Positions 13,930-21,792 of a stretch of 24,000 nucleotides of DNA are shown one piece after another (positions within the stretch are counted from its first letter, which is position 1; each line of letters opens with the position of its first letter). Origin of the DNA: Promethearchaeota archaeon (GTDB lineage: Archaea; Asgardarchaeota; Lokiarchaeia; Sigyniarchaeales; Promethearchaeaceae); the NCBI GenBank assembly GCA_018238965.1, contig JABCSI010000008.1, positions 9,380 to 33,379 of the forward strand, given 5' to 3'. Made by a program: the position numbers and the translations under genes. The notes under the pieces were generated by a model. The model had not been told where the DNA came from. It made no database searches and was given only the letters and a program-made list of their open reading frames with translations.

Positions 13930-14646
13930 TTAGGCGATTTTGCGTCCCAGTTCCTTCACTTGGAATTTGCAATAGTCCTTTCCCGTGGCAAAACACTCCA
14001 ATTCTTTAACTTCATAGTGTTTTTTAAATTTGGACTCAAATATCGTAGTGAGGAAACCTTCATCCAGTTTGCAAACCGGACGACCTAAATCTGGTAGGTG
14101 ACTGCACTCAAAGCACTCATATACTTTAAATGTTATCACATCGGGGCCCAGTTTTAGGTCATCTATGTGGCCAAAACCATGTTGTTTCCAAAATGCCGCC
14201 AATTCTCCCATCAATGCCCCCTCTTCTTTAGAGAGGAATAAATGTTCAAAATTTTTTCCGAGGGTTTGACCAACTGCATAGTGGATAGTTTCGGCTTCCG
14301 GAATTCGTGCATCAATGACAGTCGTGAAGGTATTGAAGATGGTTTGCATTATTTTTCCGGAAATTTCCTTTGATTGCAATTGTGGATCGCGCGTCTCAAA
14401 CATTTTTTCGATGATGTCGTTGGATAATTGAATCGAATCTCCAAATTCTTTCCCACGGATGTTGTCATGATTATCAATATAGAGAGTGATGCTATGCGGT
14501 GGGTGTCCGTGGATATAGCGAAATGTGAAAGGAAAATGGGTATGCTCTTCCTCAAATACGCTGTCGGGGATTTGAAAAGTAATCGTTTCTTTACATGTTG
14601 GGCAATGAAATTTGACCATCCGTTTATCTTTGAAATATTTAAACAT
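13930..14646 (-). CDS. V4R (4-vinyl-reductase / TRAPP-Bet3-like fold) domain protein with an N-terminal CxxC/His-rich putative zinc module
   Basis: 238 aa. The C-terminal half FKVYECFECSHLPDLGRPVCKLDEGFLTTIFESKFKKHYEVKELECFATGKDYCKFQV is the typical V4R Cys pattern (E-C-x-x-C...P-x-C...G...E-x-x-C...G...C-x-F). The N-terminus is KFHCPTCKETITFQIPDSVFEEEHTHFPFTFRYIHGHPPH. Confidence 0.75.
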   Translation of the reverse strand: MFKYFKDKRMVKFHCPTCKETITFQIPDSVFEEEHTHFPFTFRYIHGHPPHSITLYIDNHDNIRGKEFGDSIQLSNDIIEKMFETRDPQLQSKEISGKIMQTIFNTFTTVIDARIPEAETIHYAVGQTLGKNFEHLFLSKEEGALMGELAAFWKQHGFGHIDDLKLGPDVITFKVYECFECSHLPDLGRPVCKLDEGFLTTIFESKFKKHYEVKELECFATGKDYCKFQVKELGRKIA

Positions 14647-15237
14647 AATTTTTCACGGGATTTTATTGGTAACTCACAATGAATAATGATTTCATTTTAT
14701 TGCTAAATGTTTTCGCACATATTGATTATTGACTCCCATAGCGAAAATAGGATTTTATCCGATAGAAAAAGGTATCTAAAACGAAATCTAAAAAGAAACT
14801 AAAAAAAATCTTAACTAAGAAACTCGAGCTGCTGCCTGTTTCAGGGGAGAAAACACTCTATGATAGATACTATAATGTAGACGTAGGACTTTAGGTGGTA
14901 TTAGATCCCTCAAATCTGCTATTTTGTTTGTTATGCCAAGAATTACAGTCAAATGGATCAGTGCATTAGAATTTGGTGCGATTCAATGGAAAGAGCCCAA
15001 TTGCTGAAATATTGGCGTATTAATTCAATTATCATTTTAAACACAGTAATCACTAAGAATTATCATTAAATCCTCCTTATTATATCTATGTATGTGAAAG
15101 TAATCTGATTCATGGGAATCTGATGAATATTCGCCAAATTCTCCTTTACTAACTCAGATTTTAGTATATTATTTTTTTGATCAAATGAACCCTTGTCTAG
15201 TTGCCTCATTTAACTAATAATCAAATAAACAGATATT

Positions 15238-15253
15238 CATACAAATTTGTATG
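15238..15253. promoter_or_regulatory. Perfect 16-bp palindrome CATACAAATTTGTATG in a long intergenic region (candidate transcription-factor operator)
   Basis: Read directly; the sequence equals its own reverse complement. It lies 29-44 nt upstream of a 47-codon minus-strand ORF (15066-15209). Confidence 0.35.
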
Positions 15254-15360
15254 TTTTTGTATTAAGAAGTCAAAAGTAGTAGATTTTTTATCCAGTCCTT
15301 TCAAAAAAAAATTTTTTTGTGATTCGAAATAAATCCATATGCAGGTTTGCGTGTTGGAAT

Positions 15361-15936
15361 CTACTGAGAATTCAATATCGGTTTCCAAGCGCCGATTTTA
15401 TACAACTGATAGACAATCTCAGCTTCATGAACTGCATCATCGTAGGCCCGATGGCTTTCTGTATAGGGTTTGTCTGGAAAAAAATAATTCCAACTTTCTT
15501 CCACGCTTGGATATTTGAAATCGTGAAAATCATACCGGGGTGGTAATTTTAAAACTGGTGTTGCGACTTTCATTGGACAGGGCAATTCTCTGGGAATTTT
15601 TATACCCCTGGATTTCAAAAACCCAAAATCGAAATCTTTGTTATAGGCAGTGACGGGAAAATGGTTTAAAATTCGTTGAATCTTGACTCGAACCTGTGAC
15701 CAGAGGGGTGCCTCCAGGACATCATCCAACTTCAGATCAGAATTTTGGAAAACCCAACTTTCAGCAATAGATGTCGCCTCATACACCTTTAGAAATTTGT
15801 TTTCCCGCACCACGCTATCGAAAAGCTTTGAAATGAAATGAGTCCGGAGATCCAACATGGCAATACCGATTTCCACAATTGTGCCTTCTGTGGGGGTTCG
15901 CCCGGTAGTTTCAATATCTACAACAGCAATTTGCAT
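15361..15936 (-). CDS. DEDDh-family 3'-5' exonuclease (DnaQ/RNase T-like)
   Basis: 191 aa. ExoI is VVDIETTG, ExoII is TAYNKDFDFGFL and ExoIII is HRAYDDAVHEAEI (H-x4-D), which is the complete DEDDh signature. Confidence 0.85.
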   Translation of the reverse strand: MQIAVVDIETTGRTPTEGTIVEIGIAMLDLRTHFISKLFDSVVRENKFLKVYEATSIAESWVFQNSDLKLDDVLEAPLWSQVRVKIQRILNHFPVTAYNKDFDFGFLKSRGIKIPRELPCPMKVATPVLKLPPRYDFHDFKYPSVEESWNYFFPDKPYTESHRAYDDAVHEAEIVYQLYKIGAWKPILNSQ

Positions 15937-16485
15937 CTGTAATCTAATTCAATATGGAAAGCGAAATTATTTAAATTCAGTTATTAGGGAACGATGCACA
16001 TTTTATTTCGGGATAAGCACGATGATAGATGAAATGTGCTTAAAATGCAAAAAAATCGCTGGTTGAATTTAGAAGGTAAATTACCCCAAAAAGGACAACA
16101 AATAGAAATACAAAACACAATAGGTCCCCACACATACCCCGTTCACGCATTGGATAGATTCTCCTGTTTCTATTAAGAAAAAAAGTTTTTTAGTTTCAAT
16201 AATGGAAAGATGGATATTTCTTTCTGTAAATTTGAGTGGGAACTCTGATTATTTAAAGCTTGTAGAAAATTTCTCCGCCAATGGTACGAATATACTGAAT
16301 ATGTAAATTCCAAAATCATCTACGGGAAAAATAATCCTTGAAATTGTCCAGGTTGGTGAGATTTGCTCTAAGTAATAATATTTCTGATCTATATTCTCAA
16401 AACTTTATCCGATTCCCAGATCAACCATGGAAACACCATTAACCAAATAGAATTCTCACCCTTTTTTGGAATCTTAACGGATATG

Positions 16486-16496
16486 CATTTAAAAGG
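16486..16496 (+). promoter_or_regulatory. TATA-box-like element for the acyl-CoA dehydrogenase-family gene
   Basis: CATTTAAAAGG is centred about 28 nt upstream of the ATG at 16519. Confidence 0.35.
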
Positions 16497-16518
16497 ATCC
16501 ATGCCAAAATCCTAGATC

Positions 16519-18240
16519 ATGCTACTATTCAATCCCCGTGATCTTTCGCGGTACTACCCCGACGAACGCTCCGCCGAGATCATGCGCCTTACCGTTGATT
16601 GGTTCGAGAATAAAGGAAAGACGAAACTTCTAAAGGATGACTTCGACCGCATCTGGTACCAAGACTTTCTTGACTTCCTTGCCGAGAATCATATTTTTGC
16701 CGACCTCCTTACCCCAACCCCCTATGGAGATGGTTCCACCCGCTGGGATACATGGAGAAATTGTGAATTTAACGAAATTTTGGCGTTTTACGGCCTCCAT
16801 TTTTGGTACACATGGCAAGTATCAATTTTGGGCCTTGGACCCATTTTTCTCAGTGAGAACGAAGAGGTTAAGAAGGACACCGCCCGCTATTTGCACGAAG
16901 GGGGCATTTTTGCTTTCGGATTGTCGGAACAAGAACATGGGGCCGACATCTATAGCACCAGTATGAAGCTCTCGAAGCACGGTGATAACAATTACACAGC
17001 CAAAGGCTCCAAATATTACATCGGGAATGGCAATCAAGCTGCTCTGGTGTCGATATTTGGGAAATTAGATCCGCCCTTTGATCCCGAAGATAAAAAATAC
17101 GGTGCCTACACATTTTTTGTGACTAAAACTGATCATGAGAAATACGAATGTGTGCAAAACCTTGTCGCAGTCAGCAGCTATGTTGCAGAATACAAGTTAC
17201 ATGATTATCCTATCACCGACAGGGAAATTTTAGCCAAGGGACGTAAAGCATGGGATATGGCGCTCAATACGGTGAATATTGGTAAATTCAATCTCGGGTT
17301 TGCATCGATCGGAATTGCCACCCATGCACTCTACGAAGCCATGAACCATGCAAGTCATCGTATTTTATATGGTGGTCCAGTAACCAATTTTCCCCATATC
17401 AAATCCTTCTTTGTTGAAGCATATGCGCGATTATCTGCCATGAAGCTCTTTGCATTGCGGGCAGCCGATTACTTCCGTGTGGCAACCCCTGAAGATCGCC
17501 GTTATTTGCTCTACAATCCAATGGTCAAAATGTGGGTCACTCTCCAGGGCGAAGAAGTTATTGACCTTCTATGGGAGGTCATCGCGGCAAAAGGCTTCGA
17601 AAAAAATACTTACTTCGCATTAGCAACCCGAGATATTCGGGCACTGCCCAAACTCGAAGGGACCGTTCACGTGAATATGGCTCTTGTGCTTAAGTTCATG
17701 CAGAATTACTTCTTCAAACACGGGGAATTCTCCGTGGTTCCACAGGTTTCTGAGGCGAAAGACGATGAATTTTTGTTTAACCAGCCCCCAGCCAAAAATC
17801 TGCGAGGTATTCGGTTCCATGACTATCGGAAGGTCTATGCAAAGTTCAATCTTCCAAATGTGAATCGTTTTAAGCGCAAGATTAAATGGCTGAAATTGTT
17901 ACTGATGGTGGCGCGACCCTCCAAGAGTCAATCAAAAGACTTCGATTTTCTGCTCAATCTCGGGAAACTCTTCACATTAGTGATCTACGGTCAGCTGATC
18001 CTCGAAAATGTGCCCCACTACAAGATTAGTGATGATCTCCTTGAGGAAATATTTGACTTCTTGATTCGGGATTTTGCAAAATATGCCTTAACTTTGCAAG
18101 CTAAGCCACAAACCACAATGCTCCAATCGTGGTGTTTGATGCGCATGCTGGGCAAACCCAAACCGAATGCTGCCCGATTCAAACGTGTTTGGGAAGGTGA
18201 AGTCTTTACACTGAAAGATATGTATGAAATGAATCCATAA
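16519..18240 (+). CDS. Acyl-CoA dehydrogenase-family flavoprotein (long, divergent form)
   Basis: 573 aa. FGLSEQEHGADIYS approximates the ACAD signature [GAC]-[LIVM]-[ST]-E-x2-[GSAN]-G-[ST]-D. AKGSKYYIGNGNQA matches the G-x-K-x-(W/F)-I-(T/S)-N-G strand. An N-terminal helical domain and a long C-terminal helical extension are present. Substrate cannot be assigned. Confidence 0.7.
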   Translation: MLLFNPRDLSRYYPDERSAEIMRLTVDWFENKGKTKLLKDDFDRIWYQDFLDFLAENHIFADLLTPTPYGDGSTRWDTWRNCEFNEILAFYGLHFWYTWQVSILGLGPIFLSENEEVKKDTARYLHEGGIFAFGLSEQEHGADIYSTSMKLSKHGDNNYTAKGSKYYIGNGNQAALVSIFGKLDPPFDPEDKKYGAYTFFVTKTDHEKYECVQNLVAVSSYVAEYKLHDYPITDREILAKGRKAWDMALNTVNIGKFNLGFASIGIATHALYEAMNHASHRILYGGPVTNFPHIKSFFVEAYARLSAMKLFALRAADYFRVATPEDRRYLLYNPMVKMWVTLQGEEVIDLLWEVIAAKGFEKNTYFALATRDIRALPKLEGTVHVNMALVLKFMQNYFFKHGEFSVVPQVSEAKDDEFLFNQPPAKNLRGIRFHDYRKVYAKFNLPNVNRFKRKIKWLKLLLMVARPSKSQSKDFDFLLNLGKLFTLVIYGQLILENVPHYKISDDLLEEIFDFLIRDFAKYALTLQAKPQTTMLQSWCLMRMLGKPKPNAARFKRVWEGEVFTLKDMYEMNP

Positions 18241-18270
18241 ACGTTGTCATTTTTCATAAAACGAATTATG

Positions 18271-18306
18271 CTCTATCCTTTTTTCTTTTTCTCTTTTTCT
18301 CTTTAT
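18271..18306 (+). terminator. Pyrimidine/T-rich terminator region after the ACAD-family gene
   Basis: CTCTATCCTTTTTTCTTTTTCTCTTTTTCTCTTTAT contains several T5-T6 runs, about 30 nt after the stop at 18240. Confidence 0.45.
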
Positions 18307-18382
18307 CATTTAGATTGGGCGGTTGTGGGCAATTAGGTAATTATAAAAAATAAGATAAGGAAAAAAATTTTGAGTTCTGTAA

Positions 18383-19288
18383 TTATTCCAAATCCCATTC
18401 CAATAGGGATTTTACAAGATTGGCATGACTTAGCTCGCCCCTGGATATAAATTTTGCAAAGCGATTTTCACCCTTCTTCCATAGGAGATTTACGATCTTT
18501 TTCACAATATCCTCAGTTTTAATCACACCTTGACCCTTCAATTGATCTTTAAAGCGATGGGCATCCAAGTGCAGCTTTTCGATTTCATCCATTTTTTCCT
18601 TTAGAAATGATCGTGGATACACTTTGGCATGGGCAACAAAGATCTGCAAATCATCCAAACCTTCCGTTAGGTCATATAGATGTTTTTGAGAAAGGTAAAT
18701 CTCCTCAATATTCTCTTGAATATCTTGACAGCCACCTCCAAAAATCATTTCATACCGTTTCATGATGGCATCTCCCACAAATAGGAGTTGGTGTTCTCGG
18801 TCGAGTAAGACGGTAAGATCGGGCGCATGACCCGGGCAAGAAATCAAAATGAAATTGAATTTTCCCGACTTAGATGAGATTTTATCACTTATTGGCTGCG
18901 GTTGGTGGGGAGGTGATAATTTTTTACCCCAGTAGACTTGTCGGTACCAACGGTAAGATTTGATGGATTCAAATTGTTTCTGAGTCGAAGGAGAACATAA
19001 GATTGGAAGATTCATGCGTTTTTGAAGAATCAACGCGCCTCCAGCATGGTCCTCGTGAAAATGGGTAAGATATACTTGGGAAATTCGATCATTTTCAGGT
19101 AAATTCGATGCCCATTGATAAATTTGCTCGCTTCCTGCAGGGGCGCCTGTGTCGATTAATAAACCATCTAGTAAATAGCTTGAGGACCACTTTGGAATTG
19201 TGGCTGCCCAATGGTTAGATTTCCATTGCCATTCGAGAACATCGCCATGTAATTTTGTGCGGGTGCTTATTTTTGATTTTTTCACCAT
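18383..19288 (-). CDS. Metallo-beta-lactamase-fold hydrolase
   Basis: 301 aa. Canonical THFHEDHAGG (H-x-H-x-D-H), followed by CPGHAPD and GDAI metal-ligand blocks. I do not recognise the C-terminal ~100-aa helical extension. Confidence 0.85.
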   Translation of the reverse strand: MVKKSKISTRTKLHGDVLEWQWKSNHWAATIPKWSSSYLLDGLLIDTGAPAGSEQIYQWASNLPENDRISQVYLTHFHEDHAGGALILQKRMNLPILCSPSTQKQFESIKSYRWYRQVYWGKKLSPPHQPQPISDKISSKSGKFNFILISCPGHAPDLTVLLDREHQLLFVGDAIMKRYEMIFGGGCQDIQENIEEIYLSQKHLYDLTEGLDDLQIFVAHAKVYPRSFLKEKMDEIEKLHLDAHRFKDQLKGQGVIKTEDIVKKIVNLLWKKGENRFAKFISRGELSHANLVKSLLEWDLE

Positions 19289-19365
19289 AATAGGTCAAAA
19301 TAAGGCGTAGGAAAATATAAAATAAAAACAACTTCCTTCAATGAAAAGAAGGAATTAAATGAGAT

Positions 19366-20619
19366 CTACAGGTTAAAGGTGTTATTGCTCCGTATTTGCT
19401 TCTGATATTTTTGGAACAATTCATTATGATCTCGTACAATCTGATTGATATTTCCTTTATAGTCAAGGCTTTTTCTACTATATTCTACATCCAATCCTTT
19501 TATTTTGCTTCGCTGGTTTTCTGCTTCAGATCCCGTAAGGGTTTTGAAAAATTTCTGATGTATTACCCAGATCCACGATTCATTAATATCTTTGTGAGGT
19601 CCAGGATTCGTTAACCCTCGACACGCATTATCAAAGGTAAATGGCAAATACACACTTTTGCAAGGGGGAGCGGTGATCGTAAACCAATGATGAGTCAAAT
19701 CTGGCTTTTGAGATAAAGTAGAAATCTGAGAGCCGGCTGAAATAAAACCTCCATGCATACACACGCCTCCAGTATGATCATCTAATATCCCTCGAGCATA
19801 AATTGGGGTAATATCACCTATCATTTTTTCAAGCATAAATTTGATTCGCCCTTCTCGTCCTGTAGGGGGGATATTTGGAGTCCAATATCCTGTTGTAAAG
19901 ATCTTCGCAAAATTGAAGGAGGATTCATCTCTGCACAAGTTGGATTTGATTGCAAATTCAATCAGATCTTTGTGACAAAGGGTTCCATTATTACTAATCG
20001 AAAGATTATTCGATATATTGCGGACTCCATCGGTGATTTGTTCCGCCACCCACCATTTACCCGCAGTTTCCAATACCCATGCTTCCCTTGAATCGGCAAT
20101 AAGAAACGAATTGTGATAATGCATACTTCCATCGCATGCACAATTTCCACCTTGTCCAAATTTTTCTATAAGCGAAGTTATCACATCCAATGCCATTTTT
20201 GCAGAATTTCCGCGCTCTAATCCGAGTCGCACTAAATCCATTCCCAGTAATCCCTTTTGGGCAATAGGTTCTGTAGTCCAGACAGCTTCATTTCCGATAG
20301 CAACACCCTTGTCGTTTACGCCCATCTCCCCTCCCCACATCCAATAAGGTTGTGAGAGTAAGATTCCATGTGTCAATGGAACTTGTGGGATTGTTATGTA
20401 CGTGCATTGTAGACTGCTAGGAATTGTCCTTTTTTGTTCTGGTAAAAAAATGACGAGTTGAACTTCATCTTCGGGACGATCAGAATTCTTTCCAAAAATA
20501 GTCGCCCCAGTTTCACTGGCAGATCCTACCGCTACAAATGTATCACACATCACTAAATATATACCATTCTGCGTTAAAAAAACTACCTCATCTGCAAGAA
20601 ATTCACCCTTATACATCAA
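19366..20619 (-). CDS. Peptidase C69 / secernin-like Ntn-hydrolase
   Basis: CDTFVAVGSASETGATIFGKNSDRPEDEVQ matches the secernin/C69 N-terminal block (C-x-x-F-V...FGKNSDRP.DEVQ). HYHNSFLIADSREAWVLETAGKWWVAEQ matches the central block. The nucleophile Cys is residue 25 of the track ORF. The true start may be ATG 20550 (MCDTF...), or a 24-aa propeptide may be removed. Confidence 0.8.
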   Translation of the reverse strand: MMYKGEFLADEVVFLTQNGIYLVMCDTFVAVGSASETGATIFGKNSDRPEDEVQLVIFLPEQKRTIPSSLQCTYITIPQVPLTHGILLSQPYWMWGGEMGVNDKGVAIGNEAVWTTEPIAQKGLLGMDLVRLGLERGNSAKMALDVITSLIEKFGQGGNCACDGSMHYHNSFLIADSREAWVLETAGKWWVAEQITDGVRNISNNLSISNNGTLCHKDLIEFAIKSNLCRDESSFNFAKIFTTGYWTPNIPPTGREGRIKFMLEKMIGDITPIYARGILDDHTGGVCMHGGFISAGSQISTLSQKPDLTHHWFTITAPPCKSVYLPFTFDNACRGLTNPGPHKDINESWIWVIHQKFFKTLTGSEAENQRSKIKGLDVEYSRKSLDYKGNINQIVRDHNELFQKYQKQIRSNNTFNL

Positions 20620-20685
20620 TGGAAGAAAATAGGGAAAAAATTAGTAATTCAAAAATAATAAATACAACATCGAAAGGAATTATGG

Positions 20686-21621
20686 CTATATATTATCCGG
20701 TTTGATGGAGTAAATCATGGTCGTTTGGGACGGAATTTCTTTAAACCCGAATTTTACAGGCAATTTGATATCCGAAGCATCTTTTCCTGACAAATTGAAC
20801 ATTACATCTTTTCGTCCCTTTGCTTTAAAATCCTGTAATGCCGTAAACATCAATGCACCACCAATTCCCTTCTTCTGATATTTTGATCGAACACCGAGAC
20901 CATTAATAAATCGATTAGAGTTTTCTTTGGGAGTATCTGAGACGTTACAGGCACCTACCAACGTTTTTCCTTTATAGGCTAAATAATAAATGTCATCAAA
21001 ATTTTTTTTATTCATATTTTCAAATTCGGCAATATTTTCCTCGGTATCGGGAGTCCATTCTTCGACATTACTATAGGCTTCATTCATAACCGCGATGTAT
21101 TGATTTTTATCTGGAATCTTGCTACTGGTTTTGATTGTAATTCCTTTCGGAACGGTAACCTCGGGTAAATTATCCAAATTCTTTAATTGAAGTGAATACA
21201 TATAATGATCCGGGATAATATTTCGCGTTGCCAATACATCATTTAATATTTTTGACTCTTTCGAAGATCGAAAATTTATATCAGGAGCATTTTGTTCTTT
21301 GGCTAAATTTAAAATCTCTGTTATCATTTCGTTCCAAAGATTAAAAGTTTCATATTCAGGAATCACACTCATTATAGCGTTCCATTTTTTTCTTGCTTCT
21401 GACTTAAAAAGCCCTACAACTCCAATTGTAATTCCATTTTCATCGACCGCACATAAAACATCACGTTCCATTACTGTATCTGGCCAATGAACATTAATTA
21501 GCATTTTTAGATCATCATAATCTACTATTGGATCATTTGGTCTATATTTTTGCCGGTTAACTTCCATAATGTTTACAATATCCGTAAACCTCGCTTCATT
21601 ATCGTATTTTATAATTTTCAT
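20686..21621 (-). CDS. GNAT-family N-acetyltransferase, tandem (two-domain) architecture
   Basis: 311 aa. The C-terminal domain has the acetyl-CoA motif A, LGVRSKYQKKGIGGALMFTAL (R/Q-x-x-G-x-G/A). The N-terminal ~150 aa has a degenerate GNAT-like pattern (GVVGLFKSE...), as in two-domain GNATs such as MshD. Confidence 0.8.
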   Translation of the reverse strand: MKIIKYDNEARFTDIVNIMEVNRQKYRPNDPIVDYDDLKMLINVHWPDTVMERDVLCAVDENGITIGVVGLFKSEARKKWNAIMSVIPEYETFNLWNEMITEILNLAKEQNAPDINFRSSKESKILNDVLATRNIIPDHYMYSLQLKNLDNLPEVTVPKGITIKTSSKIPDKNQYIAVMNEAYSNVEEWTPDTEENIAEFENMNKKNFDDIYYLAYKGKTLVGACNVSDTPKENSNRFINGLGVRSKYQKKGIGGALMFTALQDFKAKGRKDVMFNLSGKDASDIKLPVKFGFKEIPSQTTMIYSIKPDNI

Positions 21622-21792
21622 TTTTCTCTCCCCAAGTGGTAACTAAAATAAATAATAATAGGAACATGACATATATAAAACAATTGTGTCCTCAACTATT
21701 CATCAATGATAATTATGCGCCAGAATGCAAAATATTTGAACGGATATGTAGACAAATTCATAAAAACCAATCAAAAATCTAAAGAATACTTC

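Noticed and set aside
15105-15126. Possible C/D-box sRNA (CTGA at 15105, TGATGA at 15120)
   Set aside because: The box order and spacing are wrong. No matching D box (CTGA) lies 40-60 nt downstream of the TGATGA, there are no terminal complementary ends, and the minus strand does not work either.
15857-16066. Plus-strand 69-aa ORF spanning the exonuclease start and the intergenic DNA
   Set aside because: Its first third is antisense to the DEDDh gene, it has no motifs, and it reads across an obvious promoter region.
16630-18257. Antisense or alternative-frame ORFs inside the ACAD-family gene (16630-16818 -, 16637-16966 +, 16822-17037 -, 16868-17113 -, 17620-17820 -, 18018-18257 -)
   Set aside because: This is the same GC-related shadow effect. 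The 573-aa frame is continuous and carries the ACAD blocks.
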